A DNA stretch of 64,000 nucleotides from Octopus vulgaris (taxonomy: Eukaryota), in NCBI GenBank assembly GCA_951406725.2, contig OX597814.1:60140001-60204000 (forward strand), read 5' to 3'. This document shows, piece after piece, positions 13,074 through 26,942 of this stretch. The notes beneath the pieces were generated by a model. That model did no database searches, had not been told where the DNA came from, and was given only the letters and a program-made list of their open reading frames with translations. Numbering within the stretch: the stretch's first letter is position 1; each line of letters opens with the position of its first letter. The position numbers and the translations under genes are program-made.

Positions 13074-13848
13074 TGTTATTTCTATATTTTAATAAATAAC
13101 TCTTTTCTTTAATTACTTTATGATTCCATTCAGAATTCGAATCCGGTTTTTTCTCTAGTTAACACTATATTAACTTTTGACATTTGCGTGGAAACAAGCG
13201 ATAGTTGTTTTAAGAGATCGCAATATTTGAGAAGCGCATGGTATTATATCAAGAATGGGAAGTTTAAATGCAAAACACACCAAAACAACAAGCATCAAGG
13301 AATTTTAGCAGACAATCTATTCATTCCTGAGATCTATTTCCCTAGTTTTCTGTTAGTGATGATTGACACTGTATTTGAGAATGGAGAACCTTATTATACT
13401 ATATCCACCGAGTCTCAATTCTGCGAGTCTCAATTCAGATCATACAGATTAGGAAAAGATAAGAAGTTAATACTCATCTTTGGCAGAGTTTAACACCAAT
13501 TTTCAAAGAATCAGCTTAGCATCATAAATCTTACCTGAAAAGTACGAAAAACTATGGAAAAATAACAAGTGTACTAGAACATAGAAAAATACTAAAAATC
13601 TTATGCACGGCAAGTATTATGATATATCAAATTAAACACAAACTTTATAGTTGGCTCTATATCCGAAAATAAATAGAACAAATAACAAATAAATGCAACA
13701 TGTTGGACTCTTTTAACCAAATTAAAAATAAAAAGAGACAAATCGATATAGGTAAAGTGTAATTAAAGTAAATAAATATGTGCAAAAATGAAGAACTTCG
13801 GCACAAACGAAAGCATTACAGATCAAACAAAATAATTATTTCTTATCA

Positions 13849-13887
<39 letters not shown>

Positions 13888-14019
13888 CTCACTCCCGCTC
13901 TCTCGCTCTCTTTCTCTCTATCCCTAAATCTATTTCTCTTTTCTCTCTCTCTCTCTCTCTCACTTTGTGTTTGTGTTTGGAGTGTTTGTGTGTGTTTGTG
14001 TGTGTGTATGTGTGTGCGC

Positions 14020-14057
<38 letters not shown>

Positions 14058-15130
14058 GCGTGCGTGTTCTCGATTCCTTATACCGAACCGGTATGGAAAT
14101 GTTATCAACAGCCGTTGATTATGTTCGTTAGTAAGTTGATACGGTGAAGATGTGTCACAAAAGACAAGAAAATGTATAAATATCTTAACGATGTGTGCAG
14201 AGAAAAGAGAACTGAACAGCTTTCTCGGCATTTTAAAATAACACTATTAAACATATTGATTCCTAAAAGATGTTGATTATCCCCACATCATCCTTAATCG
14301 AATCCTTAAACGAACTGACCTATTATCAATGACATTACAGCCTTCATAAATCCGTCTTTATTCACAATCACTAGGGCCACATTACATAATTACATTACAT
14401 ATATCAAGAATAAGTTGTGATTTAGGAGAGTTTTAGCTACTATTTTTAGTGCAATGCCCAACCACATAGAAATCCGTAGAAATTTTTTCTTGGTTAATAG
14501 CACGGTTTTTAGTATGATTTGCATTGATAGTTTTATACATCGGATATTATAGTATATCGGAATTATACCGTTTCCAAAGCATGCCCATTGACGCCACATA
14601 AATATGTACTTTAATACCATACGTACATTTATGCAAGTGAGTGGGCGTAAGAGAGAAAGAGAGACTTTATGTGAATGTGTATGATTATAAAATTGATATA
14701 CATACTCAAAAACCTAAAAACATACAAATCTATACAACATACGCCTCTTTAGATTTTTATTTACTTTTTCTGTTAATTAATCCGTTTGATATTCTGTTTT
14801 GTCCTCATTAACTGCTTAAATTCTGCCCGTAGTGTGTACTTTAGTAATAAGTATTGGCACACTTATCTTATTTATATGTACGTTAGCTTTCTTTCGTTAC
14901 TTATTGGAATGTTTTGTGTAACGAATGAGATGGCTTCTAACGTGTATATGTGGAAAGACCTAATTTTACAGTTTGGCTTACAGGTTATACTTTTGTAATG
15001 GAGGTTAACTGGTTACTCTCTTAATCAGAAACCTCTATTTTTAAATATTATTATTTAGGAATTTAGTCTTGTATGCAGGTGTATCAATAAATACATATAA
15101 ATTTCTGTGCACAAATGTGTATGTGTGTGA

Positions 15131-15161
<31 letters not shown>

Positions 15162-16553
15162 CGTGTGTGTGTGAATGGATTTTTCATTATATATGCGTTT
15201 TGGTGCTGGCCGATAATCTCTTTACGATGAAACATCAGCGTCCAATTATGAAAATTTCTAGGAAATACATGATCCAAACCGTGAGGCATAGAATGAATAA
15301 GACTGTCAAAAGTAATCAATTTCCTCACCAAAGATAACTTAATGATGAGACATCTGCGTTCAGTCATGAAAATTTCATGAATGTTTCGTGAATGTCATGT
15401 TATATGAAAATCTGTGGTGGCAGTTCAACAAAAATATTATAGGTGCATAGCTGCACATATGTATGTTTTACGCTACTATATATATATATATATATATATA
15501 TAAGCATATCATATAAGTGTGCGTGCAAACTAGACAAATATTTATTATTTTTTAATGTCTGAAAAAATCAAAAATAGAACGAGTTAATGAAAAATATATT
15601 TGTTTTAATTATACCGAAACTACCTTTAAGACAACAATCAGTGTGCCTTGCTTAGTGAGTGATTGATAACAAATGATATATTAATTGTTAAATTGCACGA
15701 TACATATTGTATGTTCGTGCTTATAAGACTATTCTCTAATTAAATTCTCCCTTACATTGTATATGATTGTTTTTATATTTTTAAGATAAAGCTAAAAACT
15801 CGGAATGCAAGAGATAACAATAAGAACAATAGCCCCTCTAACTAATGTATGAAACAAGCTCAATCTGTTTCACTTACAGGAATTGTTTCTGAGTGAAAAG
15901 TAATATATGTAGACGAAAATGTCTCTTCTCTACTACAGGCAGAAATTCCACATTAAACAACATTTTCCTCATGTGCACACCTATTTTATTAATTAGATGA
16001 CGTTCATTCGGTTTACGTTAGTGTGATATACAATGTTCATGGTATATAATCTTATTTCAAATTACCGTGTGCTTTTTCCATCAATTTTAATGTGACATTT
16101 TGTGTAATGTATAAGTTTTGTAATATATATTTTGTTGGAAATGAAACAACCGCTGTCACACAGAAATGACATATCTCAGTACATTTAACTGTTTTTAATT
16201 CTAGTACTACACTGAGTGTTTAAATGCATTCGCTGAAAAACAAAGAAAGATCTTTATTAATTCATTATATTACATATATTCCGTAAGAAAATAAAAATAT
16301 AAGAAATAAAATATTAACATTCTGGATCAATTTTGCATGGCAGTGGCTGAGGGTAACAAGATACAGCGAATCTAATATTTCAAACACATTTTGTCAAACG
16401 AGATTATTTTAAGTCCCTTGAAATAAGTTATATCAAACAAGTAGACATTGTCTATAAGACGGCCGTATTTCTTTAGAACCTTAAGCTAGTAAAAAGTGAG
16501 AGGGGGAGAGAGACAGAGAAGAAGTGTGTATTCAATGAAATTAACTAGTATTC

Positions 16554-16597
<44 letters not shown>

Positions 16598-16615
16598 TAA
16601 TAATAATAATAATAA

Positions 16616-17171
16616 ATGCCCTGATGCAGTACCAGGCAGTGGCTCTCATGGCTTCTGATCTTAACTGATTGGAAGTGTTATCATGTACATTGTTTTGTCT
16701 TGGTATAAAAGATGGGCTACAGCAAATATTCTGCTCAATACCACAGATTTGCTTGTCAGTTGTTTGACCTTAACAAGTTGAGCATGTCCCTTACTGGCTG
16801 ACGATATGTGCATCTCTGATCACGAGCAGAAGTAGTGGGGGAGCATCATAGCCATGTGTTGAGAGGGATTCTTTGGGGTTTGAATAATTCACCTCTGGAA
16901 ACATGGGTATTTCGTTCAACGTCCTTAAACAACCCTTATTCAGGGACCTTTTGAGCGGGATGGGTTACTCGAACTGAAGAAAATTCTAACTGGGCTCCAC
17001 CTGCAAGTTCATGTGCTGTTTATCTTGATATGAGATCGCCATGTCGTGCACATATGGTTGTGATGCATGTGCCTGGTGTACCCTTATCAGACGGGTAGTC
17101 ATGATGGGTATACTGGGCTTCGTATATTTTACCCCAGTGTCACTTTGATGGCATGCTCTGCTCGCTCACTC
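16616..17171 (+). mobile_element. Non-coding, about 555-bp element inserted in a (TAA)n array
   Basis: Bounded by TAA tracts on both sides, no long ORF; its last ~60 bp recur at 55332-55390 with the same 3' end and TAA tail. Confidence 0.75.
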
Positions 17172-17195
17172 AATAATAATAATAATAATAATAAT

Positions 17196-17981
17196 AAAGC
17201 AGAACTCAAAGCAGAAACAGAGGGATTTTTAATTGCAGCACAAGACCAAAGCCTCCCCACCAGAAATTACCAAAAACATGTAATGAAAAGAAATATTACA
17301 AGTAACTGCAGAATATGTGGAGATGGACAAGAAACAATAAATCATATTATCTCTAGCTGCCCAGTCCTGGCTAAGAAGGAATATATTCACAGACATGACA
17401 GAGTTGGAACCTACATACATTGGAAGCTATGCCAACATTATGGAATAACAACAGAAAAAAGATGGTATAGGCACACACCAGAAAAGGTCACAGAAAACGA
17501 GAAAGCAACCATACTCTGGGATATGCCGATACACACAGATAGAGAAATTAAGGCCAACAGACCAGATATAGTTGTCAGAGATCATGAAGGGAAAAAAATG
17601 CTTTTTAATTGATGTATCAATACCGGCAGATGACAACGTGTCTCTAAAAGAAATGGAGAAACTCTCAAAATACAAAGACCTGGAAATAGAGGTAACTAGA
17701 ATGTGGAATCTGAAAACAGAAACAATTCCTATCATAGTAGGTGCATTAGGCATGATAAAAAAATATTCAGACAAATACATAACAAAAACACCAGGACTTA
17801 CAAACACATATAACATACAGAAAATTGCACTACTAGGCACTGCCCACATCCTACGCAGAACACTTTCCATACAATAACCATCAGAGCATCACAACAAATC
17901 ACAGCACATACCCAAGGCACACAGAGCTGCGCTCGGTAGTGAAGTGAAAGCACGCTATAAAAATAAAATTAAAACTACTGA
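17196..17981 (+). mobile_element. R4/Dong-like RLE non-LTR retrotransposon, young 5'-truncated copy
   Basis: CRICGDGQETINHIISSC zinc knuckle, RHD, NRPDIV..IDVSIP..EKLSKY (PD-(D/E)xK endonuclease); one frameshift at an A-run near 17595; 3' UTR ends ACTACTG(AAT)n. Confidence 0.93.
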
Positions 17982-18020
17982 ATAATAATAATAATAATGA
18001 TAATAATAATAATAATAATA

Positions 18021-19440
18021 TGGGCTCAATGCCTTAATAATGATAACATGGATGTGCTACACCGGGCTCTCCATTCAAAAACAAATCTAATCTAATAACA
18101 TCGGTGGAATGGGATAAAGGAACTATTGGAAGACTTGAAGGAAGCAGTCTTTTAATGAAAATAATGACAAAAACGAAATTTTACTGCCATACAAAGCACA
18201 GTTTCTCCTATGCATGATGTTTCAGTGAAACATGTGCGAAACACACACGCGAAATCAATATCGTAAAGTTTACAAATTACATAATATAAGTGGAACAAAA
18301 CAGTAAATACCCAAATTGATTAATTATGCATACACATGAATATCTACACGATCATATGTACATTTTAATACCTATTGGATTATACAGACATCCCAATGCT
18401 TACACAACTATGTGAAATCTACAGGACACATGTAAACGTATATAAAAACACGCTTCACAAACGAAGCAAAAACAAAACAAAACAATTTTTTTCATTTTCG
18501 AACTAACAGAGACAGAGTGAACAATTCATAAGTTTAAAAACACCACAAAAATCTATGCCCGGAGATAAATCTATCAACAAAAACTAAAGACGAATACAGA
18601 TGCGTTAGCCTTAAAAAGCTATGTTACGAGAAATGTTTTCATTCAGAGAAGTCGGAGGCAGTGTTGTCTCAAAAAATTAACACTCAACAGATATATCAGT
18701 TCCCTAATGTCAACGTCCAAGCTCGTCGTGCCTCAATGATAACAAAGCAAAATACAAACCGAATCTGCCGTCACCCGGTTAATCAAGGTCCGCGTACTCG
18801 AGTAATGAACCAGATTGAGTACGAAAAATCTGCTATTGGTTCCAATCCTCTCGAAACACAGGAGATGGAATTATCCCACAACTGAATATTCCAACAGATG
18901 GCCATCCACTCTCGTCACCAAATAACCAAAAGAGAATGAATAAAATTGGTCTAGTGGAGATAATAAAGAAGTCCTTAATGCCTTCTATCATACCATGTAT
19001 TTCCCCACTAATAAACCTAATACTAAACAAACCTACTTAAACTGGAGACAGAAACACCTTGAAGTAAAACCCTACATATACAGTAACAAACTTACGAACG
19101 TCAGAAGAAACATTATGAAAAAGAAATTACTAACTGAATTAGAGATTGACCAAATTAAACAATCACCAAGGTATAAAAGGAATGAAGTTGTAGTCAGAGA
19201 AGCTAGGACAGAGGAAAAAATTATAGACCAGCTAAGGTCTGATGAAAATGTAATAATGTTTGAAAGAGTTAATGTAACTGATAAGCAAAGTGAAATTATC
19301 TGTGAACCAACCATAAGCACAAAGGCAGATGAAAATCAAATAGATAAAGAAAGTCACACAGAAACTGACCTACATGATCTACAGAAGTACATGATCTATG
19401 AATAGCTGAAAATTAAAGAAACGAGTATGAATGAACGCGT
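18021..19440 (+). mobile_element. 5' UTR and N-terminal region of a degraded R4/Dong-like LINE
   Basis: Starts right after a TAA array. WSSGDNKEVLNAFYHTMY..QTYLNWR..SNKLTNVRRNIMKKKLLTELEI aligns with the 37330-37540 region of the long copy; the leader resembles 36490-36610. Confidence 0.75.
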
Positions 19441-20198
19441 CTCATTTTTTTTTTTTTTTTTGTATGTAAGCATATGGATATGAAAATGAAAACAAGCAGA
19501 TCAACATACAGACGGATAGGTACATAGGTTATAAGAATAGACAAGCACACATACGAAAATGGAGACGGAAACACATGACCATATATACACACACACTTTA
19601 CTCCACACAAGGACACTTATGGAAACACGGGTCCGCACATATAGAGATGCACATCCATACATACAGGCATGGTACATAGTTGCAAAACACACACACATAC
19701 AGACATGCACACACAAGGAGATAGAGGTGCATACATATACAAACACATGCTCACACATACATAGAAAATACACAAACACGGACATGCAAGCACATAAATA
19801 TGCAAAATACATACATACAGATGCACACACATACATATATACATATGCACAAACATATATACACATACACACATGCATACATACATACACACATACATAC
19901 GTACATAGACACACACACACACGCACACACTGAACGACACACATGCGCACAAACAAACAAAAAGGAACGCAGTGTAAATAACGGACAGAGTTAAGACTAT
20001 TGAAAAGGTTGTAAGACGCAACGAAAATTTTAGGAAAATAAAAATAAGAAATAAGTGGAGATTTTACCGGCGAGTGTGTTACATTATAAGGCACAAAAAG
20101 AAAATGACACTCCCCAGACACAACAGAATATGCTTCAACACAAGAACTCATATAAAGAATCTTGCAAACCAAATCCAAAAACGAAAAATAATAATGCC

Positions 20199-20249
<51 letters not shown>

Positions 20250-21019
20250 TGTATATGCTTAGAAGCAAGGATTTAAATCTTTATGCGAAAACATTTCCGC
20301 TTACTGAATGAATGAATAAATAAATAAATAAATAAAATAAAGCCGATAAAATAGCTGATTCGTGATATTCTCGTGCCGTGTAACAATGTTTGGTTTCCTA
20401 CTTTTTGAAGAAAAGAATCCTTCAAATCAATTTCACGGAAATATAGAACATAAATCAACATTTTCTTTTTTATATTTTAAAATAGTCATTTCTCTATTTT
20501 TTTCATATTTCCGTTAAAAAAAAACATCAACGATAAACACCCAATATACGAACTCAACGAAATTCATCGATACATTTTCAAAATTAATGTATATTTTTCC
20601 CTTTTTTAAAAAAATTCTTGCGTTTCCAAAATCATATCTAAGACAAATTGATTTTCCTGTATTTCCATCATCTTAATAGTATTTCTTTTAAAGTATTCTC
20701 ACTTAGCACTCTTAGATTTTATACTAACTCTTCCCGTTTTTCCTTCTTTGCATTTTTTCGTGTGTGTGTATGTGTATGTCTATGTATGTCTATGTGTGTC
20801 TGTGTCTGTGTATGTGTGTGTGTGTGGTGCTAAAATTCAATTGTCTTGAATATTTCGTTTATGTCCCGCTTTATATCTTTTCCAACCGACTCTAAATAAT
20901 TTCACTTTATTTTAATTCGAACATAAAATTACATTTTGTTGCTTCGTTAAAATGTCAAATCCAGTCCCATGACCATTTTGCCTTCCATTTAACCATATTC
21001 AATAAATAGCGCTAATATA

Positions 21020-21180
21020 GCATATAAAATGGGAGAGGGAATTCTATTTTATCAATACCAGAGATCAACCAATACCTTTTTTATCGACCCTGGGAGATGA
21101 AAAGCAAAGTCGACTTTAGTGGAATTTGAACTCAAAACAAGAGGAACTGCTGCTAAGCATTCTTCCCGGTCGTCACCTTC
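21020..21180 (-). mobile_element. Degenerate SINE family B
   Basis: ATCGACCC..GATGAAAAGCAAAGTCGAC..GGAATTTGAACTCA core. Confidence 0.7.
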
Positions 21181-21190
21181 ACAAGATATA

Positions 21191-21375
21191 TTCTTTTACT
21201 TGTTTCAGTCTTTTGACTGCGGCCATGCTGGAACAACGTCTTTAGCCGAACGAATCGCCCCCAGGACTTATTCTACCAGCTTCTTTTGCTGAACTGCTAA
21301 GTTACGGGGACGTAAACACTCCAACATCAGTTGTCAAGCGATGGTGTGGGGAGAAACACAGACACACAAACATAT
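21191..21375 (-). mobile_element. SINE family C, 3' half
   Basis: CTTTTACTTGTTTCAGTC..TGCGGCCATGCTGG is the reverse complement of the 55780-55837 tail. Confidence 0.85.
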
Positions 21376-21394
21376 ACATATGCTATTTTATACA

Positions 21395-21880
21395 TCAGCT
21401 ATTTTATTAGCAAGCATAACATAAAAATTATTACAGAATCTAATCTGAGTAACTGCAACTGCAAAGATGAGACTTGCTGTCTGTTGGAAGGAAAATAGGT
21501 ATTGTTTATAGAGTTAAAGTACAAGTAGATGGCTCGCAAGAATATAAAACATATACAGGGGCTTCAGAGACTTCATTCAAGACTCGATTCCTTTTCCCAC
21601 GGAAATTCTTTCCGATATCCCGAGAAAAGGACAGCGACTAGACTTGCAAAGTATGTCTGAAAATTGAAAGAGAATGACACCCGTCCTTTCAATGTAACCT
21701 AGAAAATTCTTGGAAAAGCATCAGTATACAGATATGGAGCTTATAAAAGACCTATGGAATGTAATCTTGCCTCTCAGAGTTCTTCATCTTTTTCCAGGAT
21801 AAAAAACGCTTTGAACCAGAGACCCGAGCTCTTAAATTCTTGCAGGCGCGCCGCAAAATTTAAAATGTCAACTGATAAAA
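21395..21880 (+). mobile_element. Penelope-like element GIY-YIG endonuclease relic
   Basis: Broken frames give SKHN..NCNCK..IVYRVKV..KTYTGASETSFKTRF..HGNSFRYPEKRTATRLAKYV*KLKE..CNL..LNQRPELLNSCR, the typical PLE C-terminal pattern. Confidence 0.85.
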
Positions 21881-22189
21881 TGCCGTATGAGTAAAACGTT
21901 TTGACTTTCGAAATCTATTTTTTGACTGTTGCATTTGAATTTGAACGCTAATGTATATTGCGACTTCCTTTATTAAGAAAGCCTCCGACTGTTTTATATA
22001 TATATATATATATATCAGCTGAACCTTAGATCTAAATCTCTGAGGTCTTAAAGCTAGGTAAAAAATCAATATATATTTTCATAATTTCTTTTTACTATTT
22101 TGTTTCATCAAATTGCATTCTTTAGTTTCCTCATTCTTAGATATCATTCGTCTCGCTTACTCATCACAATATATTTCAACAAGGTGGAA

Positions 22190-23382
22190 AATTTAGTCAT
22201 CAAATTAAGTACCATTACAATCGACACATTTTTGTCAATGGGTTACAAGTCTGTTTATTCCGGCAACATAAATATCTGGAGTTCTGGAGCTAATGAATTC
22301 TTTGAACGCACTTTCAGCATCGGTTTAATTTTTGAACATCTTCCCTCGCGGGAAACCATCAAGGTGCTTGAAAAAGTGGAGATAGGTCTGGGAAATAAAC
22401 TGGACGGGGGAGAACTTCGTAGCCAAGTTTCCTTAACTTCTGGAGCGTCATTAATGAAATATGTGGTCGAGCATTGTCATTAAAAACGACTGGCCCTTTT
22501 CTATTGACCAATCTGGGACGGAGGTGTAGTAGGTTTTCGTTCGTTTTGGCAATTTCATGGCGATATGTTTCTGCCGTAATGGTTTTTCCCGGATTTTAAA
22601 AAGTTATAGTGGATGAGTCCAGTAGTACACCCAGAAACAGTCATCATAACCTCATTTTGAAGAGCTCGGATTTAGGGAAGGTTTTCGGTGCTTCATTTTG
22701 GTTCAACCACTGCGAAGAACATTTTTTATTATTGCACTGTCTCCACTTTTCATCGCAAGTTACAATACGGTCGAGAAATGGATTGGTTTGTTTACGGAGG
22801 AGAAACGGCGAGCAAATTTCATACATATATGCGCATTGTCTGGTTTTCCTTCAAATCGTGTGGTGCCCATTAATCGAGCATTTTTGATTTTCCGATCGCA
22901 TACAAATGGTTGCAGTCAGTTTTCTGGCTAACTTGAAATTCTTTTGTCAGTTGTCGAGTGGTTTTACGTGAATCTTTGTCAATTCACCGTCATCGATGAA
23001 AGATGGCCGTCCACTACGCTCATGATCTTCAGGGATCAAGTCTCCAACGGCGAAATGGTTTCCACCATTTTCGAACTGACCAGTCACTGGTCATTTCCTC
23101 ACCAAAAGTTTTGTTGATATCGCGAGCAGTTTCAGCTGCTTTACGTCCTTCTTTGAAGTTGAATAGAAAAATTGCTCAAATATCGCACTTTGACAGTTCC
23201 ATTTCAGATGTTTGTAAGAACTGGTAAAAATACCAATGATAATTTATTGATGTATTTGGGCAAGTCTATGTCTGTATTATCAAGCAATTGTAAAAAAATG
23301 GTTTAAAAAATTCAAAACTCTGCAAAAACCCGGTAGACATTCTTTACGGATCAAAATGCTGCTTACTTTTTATTCAACCTGA
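22190..23382 (-). mobile_element. Degraded mariner transposon (Hsmar1/cecropia-like)
   Basis: FLDRIVTCDEKW motif; C-terminus HFFKHLDGF..AFKEFISSRTPDIYVAGINRLV..QKCVDCNG; one TIR TCAGGTTGAATAAAAAGTAA next to TA at 23383-23384. Confidence 0.9.
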
Positions 23383-23729
23383 TAGTATGTCTCTTAACAG
23401 TTTCTCATTGTTTCGCATGCTTCGCTGATGTGTCGCTTGCTTTCCATTAAAATACTTTATAAACACAGGTCCTATTCAGATCTTAACCAGATGTGTGTTC
23501 GTACACACATTTTGTTTACTACAGTTCTGCATGGATAAAATTCATTATAGCTCACACACACACACACTCATATATGTATGTAGTATGTCTGTATGCCTGT
23601 ATGTGTGTGTGTATGTATGTATGTATATATGTATATATGTATATGTATGTATGTATATATGTATATATGTATATGTATGTATGTAAGTGTGTGTGTATGT
23701 ATGTATGTATGTATGTGATATGTGTGTGT

Positions 23730-23769
<40 letters not shown>

Positions 23770-23770
<1 letters not shown>

Positions 23771-24930
23771 TGGATTCTCTTGTCGTGAATGACAAATTAG
23801 GGTCCAGTAAAATAAAATGTTAATCATGTTTATGGACACGAATGTGTCTCTCGAGGCCTGCTGGTGCTTCGCAAACCTTTTAGCAAATGGTACAAGTTGA
23901 AGACTCAGTTTGCTTGAGTGCTTTTGGATCATTTACCATTCTTGAGTGGACGACTAGGCCTGTTTTGATTCGTGCCACAAAACCACAATGACAGGTGAAG
24001 ATTCTATTTAGAGGAGCAGCGTTTTGCCAACGTGCCGTCATGCTCGCACGAAATTGGTCCTGGTGTTGGAGCTGGCTTTGCTCAAATCTTTGAATTGAGG
24101 AGAAGCACGACCGTCGCCAGGTCCTGCGTTCTGGTGCTTTGTTTTCCCAGGAAGAAACGGGATTGTTGCATCGCTTCAGATAGTCTTTTAGTTTGTCTTT
24201 GAAGCGCAAGAGTGGCCTTCCACCTGACCTTCCTGTTGGAAATTGACCAAAGAGGAGTTGCTTCGGAATTCTGATATCACTCATAAGTGAGAGATAACTT
24301 GACCATCTAAGCTGTATTTTAATGAGGATGGCTTAAATACCTGATATGTTGCAATGTGTTAGTACCTCACTGTTATGAATATGGTCACTTGGTTTTATAT
24401 AGGAGATAGTACGCATGCATCATGTATGAAAAGCGTCAAGCTGATCGATGTACCATAGAGCAATGTTGTCAAGACCACCGACTTATATACATTAACATTC
24501 ACCTTCAACGATATATCGTGACTGTTCCATAGCTTCTGATAGAGCTTACCGAAAGCAGAGTTAGTCTTCCCGATTGTGGACTCGATTTCTTTATCCATCT
24601 TCGCATCACTGAAAACAATCAAACCAAGGTAAGTGAAGGGGAAATCAGTTTTTACTGCCTTCCCATCAACATACAGAGTAAGTGCAGAAGGGGAACGATG
24701 GTCACGAATGGGCTGATGAACAAGGTGAGTTTTCTTGATGCTGATGGTCAGACCAAAAGCTTTCGTTGCACGAGAGAAGTTGCTTAGAATTTATTGCATG
24801 TCCCCAAGGGTATGTGCTACAAGTGCACAATCGTCTGTGAAGAGCAAATTTCGAACTGTTTCACCAAAGTCTTAATATTTGGTTCGAGGAGCTGTTGGAT
24901 GAACAAGCCACCACTATATGGAGAAATATA
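23770..24930 (-). mobile_element. RTE-clade LINE, 5'-truncated and degraded
   Basis: LLFTDDCALVAH (RT active-site region), GLTISIKKT, FTYLG, VYKSVVLTTLLYG, RIPKQLLFG..GRPLLRFKD, C-terminal zinc-finger-like end. Confidence 0.9.
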
Positions 24931-24936
24931 CAAAGC

Positions 24937-25011
<75 letters not shown>

Positions 25012-25309
25012 GTATAGACACCAGTGTGCAATGTTTTACCAAAAAGGAAACTATAATTATCACTAAATATGACTAGAGTGTTAGAAAACCTATATTGCTA
25101 GAAATAAGAATTAGAAAGTCTAACGCTATAGTTAAAGCACATAATTGTATACATGTGTACTGACAGAGACTGTAATCACCCGAAAACACCAACAGAGAAT
25201 TCCTTATACTGACGGTCAGTTTCAGCATTTCCGAAACTATACGCATGTGCTAATACCAGAATGAAATGAAAGAAGAGAAAACTTATGCAAATATATAATC
25301 ACGCAGAAA

Positions 25310-25738
25310 GGCGGCGAGCTGGCAGAATCGTTAGCACGATGGGTGAAATGCTTAGCAGTATTTCGTCTGCCGCTACGCTCTGAGATCAAATTCCGCCGAG
25401 GTCGGCTATGCGGTTCATCCTTTCGGGGTCGATTAAATAAGTACCAGTTACGCACTCGAGTCGATATAAGCGACTTAATCTGTTTGTCTGTCCCTGTTTG
25501 TTCCCTCTGTGTGTATTCCCTTGCGGGCAGTAAATAAATAAGAAACGTTAGCACGCCGGACGAAATACTTAGCGGTATTTTGTTTGTCTTTACTTTCTGA
25601 GTTCAAATTCCGCCGAGGTCGATTTTGCCTTTCATCCTTTCGGGGTCGATAAATTAAGGACTAATTGTGTACTGCAGTCGATCTAATCGACTGACCACTT
25701 CCCCCAAAATTTCGGGCTTTTGCTAAGGGCAGAAAAGA
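25310..25738 (+). mobile_element. SINE family B tandem pair (full copy to ~25542, then a head-truncated copy with a different tail)
   Basis: GGCGGCGAGCTGGCAGAATCGTTAGCACG head; B-box-like GAGTTCAAATTCC; TTTCATCCTTTCGGGGTCGAT core present twice. Confidence 0.9.
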
Positions 25739-26262
25739 GATATAGTCACACAGAGAAAGTAGAGATACATTGGAAGACGTGCACGTGTATACACACACAT
25801 ATATATAAATATCCATACATACGGCGACACAGAGAGCGGAGATAGAGAATGTGTATGTGTGTGTTTGTTTGTGTGTGTGTGTGTGTACAGTCAGGCATGT
25901 ATGTGGTTTACATGTGTATGTATTGTGACAAACACTGGTGAAAGTAAGACAAAATCTTTGTATGTCATTAATATTGTTTAAGAGATGAGAAAAGAATCAT
26001 AGAGCATTGGCCTATGTTTATGTGTGTGTCTGTAGGTGTGCGGCAATGCGAGTCGCTTTCTACAAATAGAAAGAAGTTTAATGACTATTCCGGCTGTTTA
26101 CATTCTATACCCGAACTAATCAGAAGATATATCATGGAATTAAAGGTATGTAGATATAAATATATAGGTATAGATTTTATACACATCCAATACATAGGTG
26201 TGTGTGTGTGTGCGTGTGTGTGTATACGTATATATATGCATATATATATGCATATATATGCA

Positions 26263-26308
<46 letters not shown>

Positions 26309-26585
26309 ATATATTGTTGTAAGAAAGTGGGGAAGAGAATTTCTATTATCCCCACGGTAGTAAGTTGTAATGCAAAAAATTTATATAAAGTAAAAGAAGG
26401 AAAATGCATACACTTTAAATAGTTTTAATATATATTAAATGGAAGAGTACTGCCGACCGGTTTCGACCGGTTTCGCTACTGTTAATTATGACATTGAAAT
26501 TATTGTCGTTTCATATTTTCTTAAGATTTTAGTTCATGTACTTGTTTGAAAGTTTGTGAATGAACCAACATAGATAGATAGGTAA

Positions 26586-26676
<91 letters not shown>

Positions 26677-26700
26677 TACGTATGTATGTATAATTAAAAA

Positions 26701-26923
26701 AATAATAAATGCGCCCTTTTAAAGCCTAGCCAGGCTCATGGGCTCGGTTTCCTGGTTTCAAAGGCGTATGTGTTCCCCAGCTGGATGGGACGCCAGTCCA
26801 TCGCAGCGTTACTCTTTTACCAGCTGAGTGGACTGGAGCAACGCGAAATGAAGTCCAGGAATCGAAACCACAATCTTACGATCATGATGCTGACACCCTA
26901 ACCACTAAGCCACGCGCCTCCAC
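26701..26923 (-). mobile_element. tRNA-derived SINE family A with a short internal deletion
   Basis: A box TGGCTTAGTGG and B box GGTTTCGATTCC on the minus strand; homologous to 4258-4511. Confidence 0.88.
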
Positions 26924-26942
26924 ATGTATGTATATGTATGAA

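Noticed and set aside
13188-13493. 101-aa plus-strand ORF as a host gene
   Set aside because: GTG start, no recognisable domain, length compatible with chance.
26445-26480. CGAAACCGGTC hammerhead half on the minus strand (duplicated)
   Set aside because: The CTGANGA half and matching stem I strand are missing; only a truncated Penelope-type terminus.
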